Part shown: in pieces, positions 1 through 9,745 of the stretch
How positions within the stretch are numbered: position 1 is the first letter of the stretch
How the letters are laid out: each line of letters starts with the position of its first letter
Origin: Candidatus Woesebacteria bacterium
GTDB lineage: Bacteria; Patescibacteriota; Microgenomatia; UBA8517
DNA length: 64,000 nucleotides
Direction: 5' to 3'
Assembly (NCBI GenBank): GCA_016432525.1
Contig: CP066693.1
Coordinates: forward strand, 785,639 to 849,638
Program-made: the position numbers and the translations under genes
Notes under the pieces: generated by a model
Seen by the model: only the letters and a program-made list of their open reading frames with translations
The model's database searches: none
What the model was told of the DNA's origin: nothing

Positions 1-106
1 TGTGTGATTGGGGTTATATCTTTCAAAGAATCAGCCCTAATCCAAGTAACAACAATCTCTTTGCCATTCCAGTCCATTGTGTTTGTAGGATAATTCATGT
101 TTAAAA

Positions 107-649
107 TTATTTTTCTAAATATTCAATCGCTTCAAGGGTACTTGGGTCAGTAATTAGTTTTTTTGCTTCATCTAATGTTATCCATCTGGTTTCATGGAAT
201 TCTTTAGCTAGCTTTTCTGGGTCTGGATTAAAAGTGTTTTTATCAAGCCATATAAAATGCCAAATATCATAATGTGTTTTACAAGTTTGTTTGGGATTAT
301 CAATTTTTGTTATGGTTAAAAGTTCTGGTTTACCAACTGCATCCTCTGGCATATTAGGGTTACCCCATTCTTCTCCTATTTCTCTTCTAAGAGCTTCAGT
401 TGGGGTTTCACCTTTATCTATATGTCCACCATTAAATAACCACAAACCAGATTTCTTGTGATGTCCTATGAAAACTTCTCTATCCTCTGGGCTAAAACCA
501 GCAAAGTAAACACAATAATGAGTTTGTGGATTTTCATCTCTTGTCAAAAGTCCTTCAGTCAATCGGCGTAGATATTCCTGTTTTATTTCTGAAACACTGT
601 CTGTTGTTTCAACAATGCTTGTAATTTCAGTTACTAATCTTTCTGTCAT
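107..649 (-). CDS. NUDIX hydrolase
   Basis: Nudix box GHIDKGETPTEALRREIGEEWG (GX5EX7REUXEEXGU). The ORF track start at 673 is a TTG; the first ATG (MTERL...) at 649 removes the overlap with the upstream gene. Confidence 0.75.
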   Translation of the reverse strand: MTERLVTEITSIVETTDSVSEIKQEYLRRLTEGLLTRDENPQTHYCVYFAGFSPEDREVFIGHHKKSGLWLFNGGHIDKGETPTEALRREIGEEWGNPNMPEDAVGKPELLTITKIDNPKQTCKTHYDIWHFIWLDKNTFNPDPEKLAKEFHETRWITLDEAKKLITDPSTLEAIEYLEK

Positions 650-650
650 A

Positions 651-1397
651 TTAGTTAAGTAAAAATTTGACAATAAAATCCGTATAGAGTTTCTGAGCTA
701 ATCTTTTGTCTTTATCATTTATTTTCGAAAAATTGTGGTTTGCTCCTTCAATGATTACCTTCTTAGGTTTAGCATTCTTATAACTTTCAAATAGTTTATC
801 TTGAGCATCAATCGGCACTACATCATCTTTACTCCCTTGAAGAAATAATAACTCACCTTTAAAGTTTTTAGTTGAATCAAAAATCTCCTTTTCGCTTGGA
901 ACAGTTGAAAGAATAGATTTTGTAGAATCAGATGGTTTTGTTCCGCTTCCTGCCAATATAATTTTATCTATATATCTAAACTTATCTTCTAAAGTTGAGA
1001 TAACTGTTCCACCAATTGAATTTGCAATTATATAAAACCTTAATTTATCTGATTCAACTTCAAACAAATATTTGCTTTGATCAAGAACAAAATCAATAGT
1101 ATCTCGTAAGTCTTGAGTTTCTTCTTTAAAAGTTTTTTCTTCAAAGGCTTGCATTTGTTTTTCGTAAGTGCCATCATCTGGAAAAATGTTCCAGTTCCGA
1201 GAAGATGAAAACTGAACTACATTTGCAATATTTTTTTCTAAAATCTTATTGCCTAATAGTTTTGATTTAGAGCCCCTATCTCCAGACATAGCATACAATC
1301 CATGAACATTTATAAAAACTTTGTTTGTTTTCTTTGAAGCTTTAAAAACTTGAAGCTTGATAAATGATTTATAGTTTCCTTTTAGAAAAATATCCAT
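651..1397 (-). CDS. alpha/beta-fold hydrolase (esterase/peptidase-like)
   Basis: Nucleophile-elbow-like ANSIGG and an overall alpha/beta hydrolase pattern (dienelactone hydrolase / S9-like). Family assigned by eye only. Confidence 0.5.
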   Translation of the reverse strand: MDIFLKGNYKSFIKLQVFKASKKTNKVFINVHGLYAMSGDRGSKSKLLGNKILEKNIANVVQFSSSRNWNIFPDDGTYEKQMQAFEEKTFKEETQDLRDTIDFVLDQSKYLFEVESDKLRFYIIANSIGGTVISTLEDKFRYIDKIILAGSGTKPSDSTKSILSTVPSEKEIFDSTKNFKGELLFLQGSKDDVVPIDAQDKLFESYKNAKPKKVIIEGANHNFSKINDKDKRLAQKLYTDFIVKFLLN

Positions 1398-1888
1398 TAT
1401 TTATTCAAATCTTTGGGGCCGAAAGCAAACGGGAGAAGAGATTCAATTCCAACAAACCTATGTATCGGACCTGTCTCACCTGTTATTAAGATTACTAAAG
1501 GTTCGCCTGATAAATCTTCGTATTCTTTAATTACCTGTCTACAAGCTCCACATGGTGTTACTGGAGCACTTGTTTGAAAGTCTTTACTTGTACCTATTAC
1601 AGCAAGTTTTCTAATATCTTCTTTTCTTCCCAGAGATCCAGCTGCAACTAAAGCTGATCTTTCTGCACAAATAGTTGAACCATAAGCTGCATTTTCTTGA
1701 TTACTACCAATTACTATGTCTCCATTTTTCATACCAAGTGCTGCTCCAACTGTAAAATGAGAATATGGTGAGTGGGCATTATTCATTGCCTCTCTTGCAG
1801 AAGTGATAAGTAATTGTTCGTCTTGAGGTAATTCTTCTATTGAATCAAATTTTTCAAAATCGATAGTAAGTTGTATTGATTCGTGCAC
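1397..1888 (-). CDS. cdd: cytidine deaminase
   Basis: Zinc-binding CAERSA and PCGACRQ motifs of the cytidine/deoxycytidylate deaminase family, at Cdd-like length. GTG start. Confidence 0.8.
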   Translation of the reverse strand: MHESIQLTIDFEKFDSIEELPQDEQLLITSAREAMNNAHSPYSHFTVGAALGMKNGDIVIGSNQENAAYGSTICAERSALVAAGSLGRKEDIRKLAVIGTSKDFQTSAPVTPCGACRQVIKEYEDLSGEPLVILITGETGPIHRFVGIESLLPFAFGPKDLNK

Positions 1889-1964
1889 AACCGATTATAA
1901 CAGATTTTTTTAATAGTATTTACATAGTAGAAAAAGTTTGTTAATTTGTTATAAATAAACATAT

Positions 1965-2780
1965 ATGAACTTTACTTATCCAGACTTAAAAAGACTCTAT
2001 GAAAGTTCATTAGAAACATTTAGTGGATTACCTCAAGTATCAAGAATAGCTATTTATGGATCTGGAGCAAAAAAAAGTTTCGATCGCTATTCTGATTTAG
2101 ATTTGGAGGTTCAGCTTTCCGAATGGAATACTTTGTCTACTAAAATTGAGTCCTCCCTTAAAAAAATAGATAGTCCGTTTATTGTTTTTCCTGCTGTGAA
2201 TGATCCTGGTAATGGAGTTTTAACAGTACTTTGGAGAAATTTTCCTTTCTATCAAAAATTAGATATGCGACTCACCAGTTCAGATACTCCCCTTTCAGAA
2301 GGTTCTGAAATTGTTTACGAGAAAAAGAAGAACGGTAAATCTGATGAAAAAACTAAGAAATTACTAAAATTAAGTTTTGAAGAGAATTATAGACCTTTTT
2401 ATGACATGTTTATTGGAGCTACTCGTTTTGCTAAACACAGAAGAAGGGGTGAATATCTAAGTGCGTATAAATTTTATCGATCTGGCTGGGAATCGTTAGC
2501 AAAATTGTACCTTTTTGATCTCAAAGAAGGTAAATATACAAATAACATAATCTCAATTGAGAATCTGAAGGTTTTAGACAGAGAAGATAAATCTATTGCA
2601 AATATTCTTGCTAAATATATTTCATCAAATCCACAAAACATTGATGAATACTATGTAAACTTGTTAGAAAGATATATGAATGAATCAAAATTAAGTGGTT
2701 TAGTTAAAAAATCTTCTTTAGAAGAAGACTTCGGGTTAAATGTGATACAATTCGTGCGTAATGAGCTTTTTGGAAAGTGA
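1965..2780 (+). CDS. nucleotidyltransferase-domain protein (Pol-beta-like NTase)
   Basis: G[S]x9-13Dx[DE] signature: IAIYGSGAKKSFDRYSDLDLEV. Confidence 0.5.
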   Translation: MNFTYPDLKRLYESSLETFSGLPQVSRIAIYGSGAKKSFDRYSDLDLEVQLSEWNTLSTKIESSLKKIDSPFIVFPAVNDPGNGVLTVLWRNFPFYQKLDMRLTSSDTPLSEGSEIVYEKKKNGKSDEKTKKLLKLSFEENYRPFYDMFIGATRFAKHRRRGEYLSAYKFYRSGWESLAKLYLFDLKEGKYTNNIISIENLKVLDREDKSIANILAKYISSNPQNIDEYYVNLLERYMNESKLSGLVKKSSLEEDFGLNVIQFVRNELFGK

Positions 2781-4026
2781 AATCGCACTAATTCATAGCA
2801 ATACTTCAGTTCATGAGGGAAGGAAAACTTTTGGTCAATTTGATTCTCTTATACCTAATTATACGAATACAGAGCTATTCCCTGTTACTGACGAGAGAAC
2901 ACAAACAGCCATAATAATTCCAGTGATGGAACGAGAAGGAAAATTAAATGTCTTCTTTGAAAGATTAACCAGGGCAGTTGTTGCTTCCGGAATACCAACT
3001 TCTCTTGTGGTTATGGATAATTCACTCACAGACAAAATGATTAGAGAATTTGAAGAGAGGTCGCAAAGATTAAAAGGCACGCCGGTGACAAGTATTCTTT
3101 ATCACCATGATGCTAGAATGACTCAAACAACACTTCGTAATCATGCTGTTACAAATTTCCTACCAAGCGAAAGTGAAAATGTTGGTTTGTGGGATAGTGA
3201 TATCTATTCATCAGTACAGACGTTACAAAAACTTATGCAAACTTGGGGGCTATCCAGTGTAAATGGCATTGCTCCACCCTTGGTTGGATATAAAGCTGGA
3301 GAAATAGATGAAATTCTAAAACAATACGAAAAAATAAGAGTTGATCCAGAAATAAGAAAAAGAACACACATGCCTGGAGCAATCGGAGAAGAAAATGGAG
3401 TTTGGGCAGGAGATATTTTAAGAACAACAATGATGAGAGGAGCGTTTCTTGTTAAAAAAGATTTTCTTCAAAAGATTGCGAGAGAAAATCCAAACAACTC
3501 TCCTTGGCTAGAAGATTTTGTAGTTTGGCAAAATGTACCATTCTTTTTGGCAGCTCGTGAAATTGGCCTGGATTTTGGTTATGTAATGACTTCTGACGCC
3601 ATTGTTGCACATGACGACAATATTGACGAGTTATCTGTTGGCTATTCCTTACCATACAGAAGATCTGAAACATTAAAGTCTTTAGTAATGTTAATGCATA
3701 GAAATAAAATATATTCTCCTGAAAGCAGAGATATAAACTCAAGGTTTTTAAGATTTAATTTAGATGCAATTTCCAGAATTTGTGGCTTTGACAAAAACCA
3801 AGCTGGAGAGTTTCAAGAGATTTTAGTAGAAGTGGCGAATATGATTAATAACTCCAATGACTCAGGAGAGTTTAACGATAAATGGCAAACACGAAAAGTA
3901 TCAATCAAGTCTGATTATTTAGGATTTGCAGATGAAGTAGTAAATAAGTTAGCTCAAGATGAAGTATTCCAAAGAGTAAAATCTCTACATTCTTCTGATT
4001 TAACTCACGCCATGTATTCTATTTAA
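2761..4026 (+). CDS. hypothetical protein, GT-A-fold glycosyltransferase-like
   Basis: DxD-like GLWDSDIY after an IIIPV...VVMDNS Rossmann-like start. Weak call, made by eye. Confidence 0.3.
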   Translation: MSFLESEIALIHSNTSVHEGRKTFGQFDSLIPNYTNTELFPVTDERTQTAIIIPVMEREGKLNVFFERLTRAVVASGIPTSLVVMDNSLTDKMIREFEERSQRLKGTPVTSILYHHDARMTQTTLRNHAVTNFLPSESENVGLWDSDIYSSVQTLQKLMQTWGLSSVNGIAPPLVGYKAGEIDEILKQYEKIRVDPEIRKRTHMPGAIGEENGVWAGDILRTTMMRGAFLVKKDFLQKIARENPNNSPWLEDFVVWQNVPFFLAAREIGLDFGYVMTSDAIVAHDDNIDELSVGYSLPYRRSETLKSLVMLMHRNKIYSPESRDINSRFLRFNLDAISRICGFDKNQAGEFQEILVEVANMINNSNDSGEFNDKWQTRKVSIKSDYLGFADEVVNKLAQDEVFQRVKSLHSSDLTHAMYSI

Positions 4027-5076
4027 GACTTCTATAAATTGAGCATAAATTTTCTCAATATCAAAAGTTAAAGCATGCTCATATCCTAGATCGCCCAATC
4101 TTTGTTGTAAGGCTGTGTCTCTCAAGAAAATATTCATCGAATTAATCCATTGTTTAGGATTAATAAATTCATTGACCAAAATCCCCCCTTTACCAATAGC
4201 TTCAGGTAAACCTCCAATATTACTCGCAATAACTGGTATTCTATTTACCATAGCTTCAACTGCAACTCTACCGAAACCTTCTTCCCATTGTGAGGGAACT
4301 AATAAAACTTTAGTCTTACCATAAACTTCTCTCATGTCATATTGACGATCAACTATGGTTACATTTTCAGAATTTCTAAATTCATCAGAGACACCACGCC
4401 ATCCCGAAACAACTAAAAATTGTTGACCAGGAAAGGCTTTAATTACTTCAAGCAAGATGTCTCCTCCTTTATCAGAAGTTGGATTCACCATTGTTATGTA
4501 TTGAGGATCAACTTTATCGCATTTATAACGATCAATAACCAATGGGCTATACAAAATCGAGGAGGGGCATTTTAAAAGAGGGCCAAAATGAGCCTCTGTG
4601 CTTCTGGAATTAAAGAATACATGAGAAATCTTTTCACTCTCATTTATTGGCAAATAATTAAACGGGTGGTGATCGTGTACAAATAAAACCGTTTTCAGTC
4701 CAAGAGATGAAGCAATGTCAATTACTCTATGAGAGAGATTTAACTGAGTCAAAACTATATCCGGGCGACTTTCTGAAAGCATAGTTCTAAGATCACCTTC
4801 AAATAATTCATCTTTTACAAGAACGCATTTATAACTATCTGGATTTGTGTATTCAATTCTTTCTGGACTTGAACTTGTAACAGATACTCCTCTACTCAAA
4901 AGCTGATCAACTATCTGCTCTGATGTTTCTTTAAAGTCAGGATTGTCTATTTTCCCAACAGCTACTACTTCTTGCCTATCAGAGTGAAGTCCGTTGAGTA
5001 AATCGTTTATAGCAATACCGTCACCCCCTTGAAAAAGTGGGTATTGTCTACGACCATTTGCAAAAACTTCTTTCAT
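4000..5076 (-). CDS. glycosyltransferase family 4 (GT-B)
   Basis: EGFGRVAVEAMVNRIPVIASNIGGLPE (EX7E motif). Start moved to the internal ATG (MKEVF...) so it abuts the upstream stop at 5078. Confidence 0.8.
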   Translation of the reverse strand: MKEVFANGRRQYPLFQGGDGIAINDLLNGLHSDRQEVVAVGKIDNPDFKETSEQIVDQLLSRGVSVTSSSPERIEYTNPDSYKCVLVKDELFEGDLRTMLSESRPDIVLTQLNLSHRVIDIASSLGLKTVLFVHDHHPFNYLPINESEKISHVFFNSRSTEAHFGPLLKCPSSILYSPLVIDRYKCDKVDPQYITMVNPTSDKGGDILLEVIKAFPGQQFLVVSGWRGVSDEFRNSENVTIVDRQYDMREVYGKTKVLLVPSQWEEGFGRVAVEAMVNRIPVIASNIGGLPEAIGKGGILVNEFINPKQWINSMNIFLRDTALQQRLGDLGYEHALTFDIEKIYAQFIEVLNRIHGVS

Positions 5077-5077
5077 C

Positions 5078-6109
5078 TTATAAATCCTCCTTTGTGTAAT
5101 AATCAGATAATTTTTGTAAATAAAGAACAATTTGAGCACGAATCCCAGTAACTATATGTTTGCCGACTTGACCTGACATGTCTACATTTCCTATCTGATC
5201 ATTTCTACCGGACATACTTTCTTGGTGAAATTTTTTAGTTGTTACAGGAAATCTTTCTGCTATCCAAATCATATTATTCTTCTTAGCCTGAAGCATAATT
5301 TTCTGATTAAAACCATCGTCTTCAAAAGAAGGTTCGGGAGGATATCTAAGCCACGATAAAAGATCTACGGGAAACATTCCAGATAGAATATTAAGACCTT
5401 TATCAAATACTTCAGCTAATGAATTTACTTCAGGAAAGCTTGAGTCCCAGTCTCTTGGGTTAGGTACATGAATTATACTTTTATCTATTTGATGTATTTC
5501 TGAATCGGCAAAACCATGAGCGATATATAAACCTTTTGATTTTGCTAATCTAGAATTTGCGACTTTGAATAATTCTCTTAAACTATTTTCTCCATACAAT
5601 TTGTCATCTGAATCTACCACTAAAACATAACCTGGATCATTAACTTGTCCACGCTTTGCATAATGGACAAAGTCTAGTCCAAAATTTCTTACAGGTGAGG
5701 CTGATCCAGTTTCTTCTAAATATGATACATGTAAAACTCTGTCATCTTTAAACTCAGCTACCACTCTTTTAGTTTCTTCATCTTCCCCATTATCAATAAT
5801 TACCCAATTCCAATCCACACTTCCAGTTTGTGCAGCCAAAAACTTATAAGCATTTGCCAGTGAATCGGATCTTTCTTTAGTTGCAGTTACAATGGTAATG
5901 GGAGCTTGTGAATTTCGTAATACTTCGATAGCATTATTCCTCTGCTCAAGTGTTTTAATACCCTCCATAGTGGCTCTCAAAGCGTCAGGAAATATCTTTT
6001 TTGACAAAGAATCTACTGAGATAGTTTTAGTGTCTGAATAATAACTTAGTCTATGCTCCAAAAAGGCTTGTTCAGATGCAAGATATGCCCATTTATCGGT
6101 TTCTTTCAT
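5078..6109 (-). CDS. glycosyltransferase family 2
   Basis: GT-A signatures ITIVTATKER, NWVIIDNGEDEE and VVDSDD (DxD). Confidence 0.6.
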   Translation of the reverse strand: MKETDKWAYLASEQAFLEHRLSYYSDTKTISVDSLSKKIFPDALRATMEGIKTLEQRNNAIEVLRNSQAPITIVTATKERSDSLANAYKFLAAQTGSVDWNWVIIDNGEDEETKRVVAEFKDDRVLHVSYLEETGSASPVRNFGLDFVHYAKRGQVNDPGYVLVVDSDDKLYGENSLRELFKVANSRLAKSKGLYIAHGFADSEIHQIDKSIIHVPNPRDWDSSFPEVNSLAEVFDKGLNILSGMFPVDLLSWLRYPPEPSFEDDGFNQKIMLQAKKNNMIWIAERFPVTTKKFHQESMSGRNDQIGNVDMSGQVGKHIVTGIRAQIVLYLQKLSDYYTKEDL

Positions 6110-6148
6110 ATCGTGGTAGTATAAACCTTATAGGATTTATGAAGCAAA

Positions 6149-6682
6149 TTATTTGTTTTGGTTTTGTCCTAGCATTTTTCTAAACATCTTTGCCTGTCTA
6201 ATCGCATCTCCTAAAGCATTATGGGTATACGGAAGTTCTGGATCAAAATGTTTTTCCGTTTGTGCTTCACTCCACTCTTTTCCCGTAATTCCCATGCCGT
6301 AAGACTTGATATCGATTCCAGCATGACCAAAAGGGTTAAACCCTAAATAATAAATAAAATAATAATTTACAAAAGCCCAATCAAACATGCCGTTAAATCC
6401 CACAAACCTTGGTGTTTTATCGCCACTATTTGTTTGAATCCAATCATTAAACTTTCTCATTGCGGTTTCTGGATCTAGTCCATTTTTTTCAAGATCACTC
6501 AAATTTAGTCTGCACATTTCTAAAGCTGCTGGAATATATTCTTTACTTGTTGGCTTTAATTCGGCGTAATAGCATTTTTCTAAATCCTCAACTAAACAAG
6601 CACCTATTGATAGCATTGAATATTTTACAGGAATCGGCCCTGAAGCTTCTATGTCTACTGAGACTAAGGATTCTTTTGACAT
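6149..6682 (-). CDS. DEDDh-family 3'-5' exonuclease
   Basis: Exo I motif SVDIEASGP and Exo III motif HNALGDAIRQAK. Confidence 0.7.
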   Translation of the reverse strand: MSKESLVSVDIEASGPIPVKYSMLSIGACLVEDLEKCYYAELKPTSKEYIPAALEMCRLNLSDLEKNGLDPETAMRKFNDWIQTNSGDKTPRFVGFNGMFDWAFVNYYFIYYLGFNPFGHAGIDIKSYGMGITGKEWSEAQTEKHFDPELPYTHNALGDAIRQAKMFRKMLGQNQNK

Positions 6683-6918
6683 TGAAATAGTATATCAAAG
6701 TAGTTCAAATAATTATTAATAATTAACTGGTGAAGCTAGATTTGGAGTTTGTGAAGAAACAATTCTTCCTAAAATATCCCTTTCGAGAATTAACCGTGCC
6801 TTTCTTGGGTTAGGTAGAATAAAAATCGAACTAAATTCTATTTTTGGAATAGTAGCCTGTGGATTCCTATAGAAAGATGTGAGCTCATACTGGAATTATA
6901 TCAGAATCAGACTAGGGG

Positions 6919-7845
6919 TTATTCCAAACCTAAACTCTCTCCCTTGATAATTGTCTGTCTATCTTTATCTCTCCACTTATACATCCCTTCTCCACTCCAA
7001 CCTATCTTTCTTGATATAAGAACATCACGCGAATATCCCAAGTTCCCAAAACGTAAAGTACCTGCATCAAGTTTCTTAATATAAAGTCGTTCTTCCGATA
7101 AGTCACAGATCAGCGGATTTTTCTTTATTGTTGCCATTAATCTATCAACATCTTTTTTTGATTCCTGAAGAAGACTATCCATAGCCTGAGGATTGTTCCA
7201 AGCATCAAGCTCAGTTTTAGAACGAATGTGACGCGTCTCAAAAAAATTAGATCTAAGTGTTTTTCGATCCAAAGTGATAAACATTTCGCCTCCCACAGCA
7301 AGATGTCTATAAAGTTTTTTGATTGCCCTCAACGGATCCGCAAGATGTAAGATACACATATTCGATATAATAAGATCAAATTCCTGAGATCTAAAGGATG
7401 TTTCTTGAATATCACCATCAATCAGCTTTATTTCCATTTGTTTATCCTCTGACTTTTGTGCTTCATCTCTAATATCTCCCAAATTGATTTCACACAACAA
7501 GAGGTTGTCTAATATACCATCTGTTTGCGCTTGCTTACCTATGTCTCTAAGAAATCGGCCTTTCCCGCAACCTACATCAAGAACTCTTACTTTTCCATTG
7601 TCGGCTCTAGACTTAATATTTTGATAAAGACCATCGTGACCCTCACCAACCAAAGATTGATCGTAGTCACTTAAACCACCATCAATATAAAAATAACCCA
7701 ATTCGTCAATGTGATTTACCCCATTGTCGCCCCATCTGACTACTTTTGATCTACAGATGGTAGCTGCACGAGCTTTCTCTGCATCCTCTTTCTCAATCGC
7801 ACGTAATTCAGAAAAACGTAAATATTCTCTGCCCATGACACGCAT
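6919..7845 (-). CDS. class I SAM-dependent methyltransferase
   Basis: Motif I VLDVGCGKGRF and a downstream acidic motif DLIISN. Confidence 0.7.
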   Translation of the reverse strand: MRVMGREYLRFSELRAIEKEDAEKARAATICRSKVVRWGDNGVNHIDELGYFYIDGGLSDYDQSLVGEGHDGLYQNIKSRADNGKVRVLDVGCGKGRFLRDIGKQAQTDGILDNLLLCEINLGDIRDEAQKSEDKQMEIKLIDGDIQETSFRSQEFDLIISNMCILHLADPLRAIKKLYRHLAVGGEMFITLDRKTLRSNFFETRHIRSKTELDAWNNPQAMDSLLQESKKDVDRLMATIKKNPLICDLSEERLYIKKLDAGTLRFGNLGYSRDVLISRKIGWSGEGMYKWRDKDRQTIIKGESLGLE

Positions 7846-8037
7846 TATATCATATTTTTCTCCTATAATTTATTGAAAATAAACAACTCGGCCCAACATA
7901 TTTCTCTCAATTATAATTCTCTTTTTATTCGGGTTTGGGAGTTTTAATCTGAAGTAAAAATCAAAAGTTGGGTTAGTGAAAAGTGTATCCCAACTTTCAG
8001 ATTCATGAAGCTATTTTAACATGAAGATCCTGAATAC

Positions 8038-8394
8038 TCACATCTTGGCTTGGAGCATACTAACCTTGTTGTCTTCGCTATCAATAAACACTACCCAGCG
8101 ACCAACTCCTGGAATATCTTGAGGTTCACCCTGGATTTGACCACCTGCATTTGTAACCATTTTCATTGCCTCCTCTAAATTATCAACTGAAATTACAACT
8201 GATGGATAAGGATTTGTAGATTTTGATTTTTGATAAAATCCTCCGTTAATTGTACCAGCAGTTTTAACCATTCTATTTTCATCTGTATCAGCTGTTATAG
8301 CTACAATATAATTACCCATTTCTTGTCCTGCGTCATTCATTCCCCAACCAAAAACATCTTTATAAAATTTAGGATTGAAGTAAAGCTTACCCAA
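8038..8394 (-). CDS. VOC/glyoxalase-family protein
   Basis: About 118 aa with a glyoxalase/bleomycin-resistance-like pattern (ITADTDENRM...GGQIQGEPQDIPGVGRWVVFIDSEDN). Confidence 0.5.
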   Translation of the reverse strand: MGKLYFNPKFYKDVFGWGMNDAGQEMGNYIVAITADTDENRMVKTAGTINGGFYQKSKSTNPYPSVVISVDNLEEAMKMVTNAGGQIQGEPQDIPGVGRWVVFIDSEDNKVSMLQAKM

Positions 8395-8590
8395 GCCATA
8401 TATGGGTACAAAAGATAAGCTCCTGTCTTGGAAATTTTCCCAAAAGAATCTATGCTCTTGTAAATTGCCCCCGATGATATAATCACTATTTTGATTAACT
8501 GGAGCAAAATCCCGTTTATCTGGAAATGACCCTATTAAGGGCTACAAAACACTTCTTGTAGCCCTATTTGAAAAATCTTATACTAATTTA

Positions 8591-9247
8591 ATGTCTCCCA
8601 AATCCGCAAATCATCATCATAAATTTGTAATTCTTTTTGCTACCTCCACCCTAGCTCTAAGTATCTTGATAGTCTTAGTTGCAAACACATTTGCAAAAGA
8701 AAGGCTCAAGTGGCAGCAACAAGTCAATCGTAGAAAATGTGATGCTGAAGGCGAAGCCATAATCAATGTTCACCAACGAGTTGTCAAAAGTGTAGATTCA
8801 GGGCAAGCTGGAAATTACTGGGCATTTGATAATTACGATAGAAATATAAAAGTTTGGAAAATAGATGAAACTACTAATGAATTTTGTGCCACTGTCACAT
8901 ACAATGGCGACTTTGACGCAATTGCAGGTCAAAGAAGTCCTGGAAATACAGGAATCTTAACTGGTAAAGAAGACGGAAGATTTGATGGTGGATATAGAAT
9001 GCATATAATAGGAACGATGCAAATCGATCCTAAATTTAACATCACAAAAGGATCTATCGGAACAGCTTATTACAACTGTGACATAAACGGAAACTGTCCA
9101 GGAGCATTTGATTGGACAACAAAGTATTTCAACACTACTGCAACAGGCTTTTCATCAACACTTGAATGGTGGGGCTGGCAATATAGAGCTCCCAAAAACA
9201 AAGTTTGGGTCAACTCAATTGACGGTAATTCCGGAGATGTAATTTAA
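8591..9247 (+). CDS. hypothetical secreted/membrane-anchored protein
   Basis: N-terminal transmembrane helix and Cys-containing extracellular region. No recognisable family. Confidence 0.35.
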   Translation: MSPKSANHHHKFVILFATSTLALSILIVLVANTFAKERLKWQQQVNRRKCDAEGEAIINVHQRVVKSVDSGQAGNYWAFDNYDRNIKVWKIDETTNEFCATVTYNGDFDAIAGQRSPGNTGILTGKEDGRFDGGYRMHIIGTMQIDPKFNITKGSIGTAYYNCDINGNCPGAFDWTTKYFNTTATGFSSTLEWWGWQYRAPKNKVWVNSIDGNSGDVI

Positions 9248-9601
9248 ATGTCACCTTCAAGTATTGGTGGATATTTCCTCTTAATTCTACTTGCAGTTTT
9301 AGCTCCTACTCCAATCCCAATTCCACTAGATGAAATAGTTATTGCATTAATCGCAAAGGGATTTAATCCAATTTTTGTGATAGCTGTTGCTCTTATAGGT
9401 GATCTGATCGGCACTTTTTTTATCTTCAAGGTGGGTCGTAAAAGTCGTGATTTTATTGACGAATATCACAAAAAAAGAAAAAGAAAAGATTATGCTTTTG
9501 CAGACAAGCTTTTCAGAAAGTATGGTAAATACGCCCTACTTTTAAGCGGTATTCCATTTCTTGGAGACGCACTAATTTTTATAGCAGGGTTTATCGTCTA
9601 A
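9248..9601 (+). CDS. small membrane protein, DedA/YqaA-like
   Basis: Three predicted transmembrane segments with a G-rich loop. Resembles the short YqaA/DedA-type fold. Confidence 0.35.
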   Translation: MSPSSIGGYFLLILLAVLAPTPIPIPLDEIVIALIAKGFNPIFVIAVALIGDLIGTFFIFKVGRKSRDFIDEYHKKRKRKDYAFADKLFRKYGKYALLLSGIPFLGDALIFIAGFIV

Positions 9602-9745
9602 AAATGTCAGATTTTTTCATTTATTTCATATTAGGAAAATTACTTTGGTATACTTTTATTTCTTTTGGAATTATTAATTTTCTTTTACACTACAGAGGAT
9701 TTCATAGATTTAGAAAATTTTATTAAAGCTGTATAAACCACTAAA

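Noticed and set aside
2859-3742. Minus-strand ORFs (2859..3080, 3233..3430, 3452..3742) inside the 2761..4026 gene
   Set aside because: They are antisense and embedded in a longer ORF, with low-complexity translations. They look like shadow ORFs.
8395-8590. Hairpin AGGGCTACAA-aacacttc-TTGTAGCCCT in the divergent 8394/8591 promoter region as a terminator
   Set aside because: It lies between divergently transcribed genes, so there is nothing upstream to terminate. No clear U-run. Possibly an operator, but the evidence is too weak to call.
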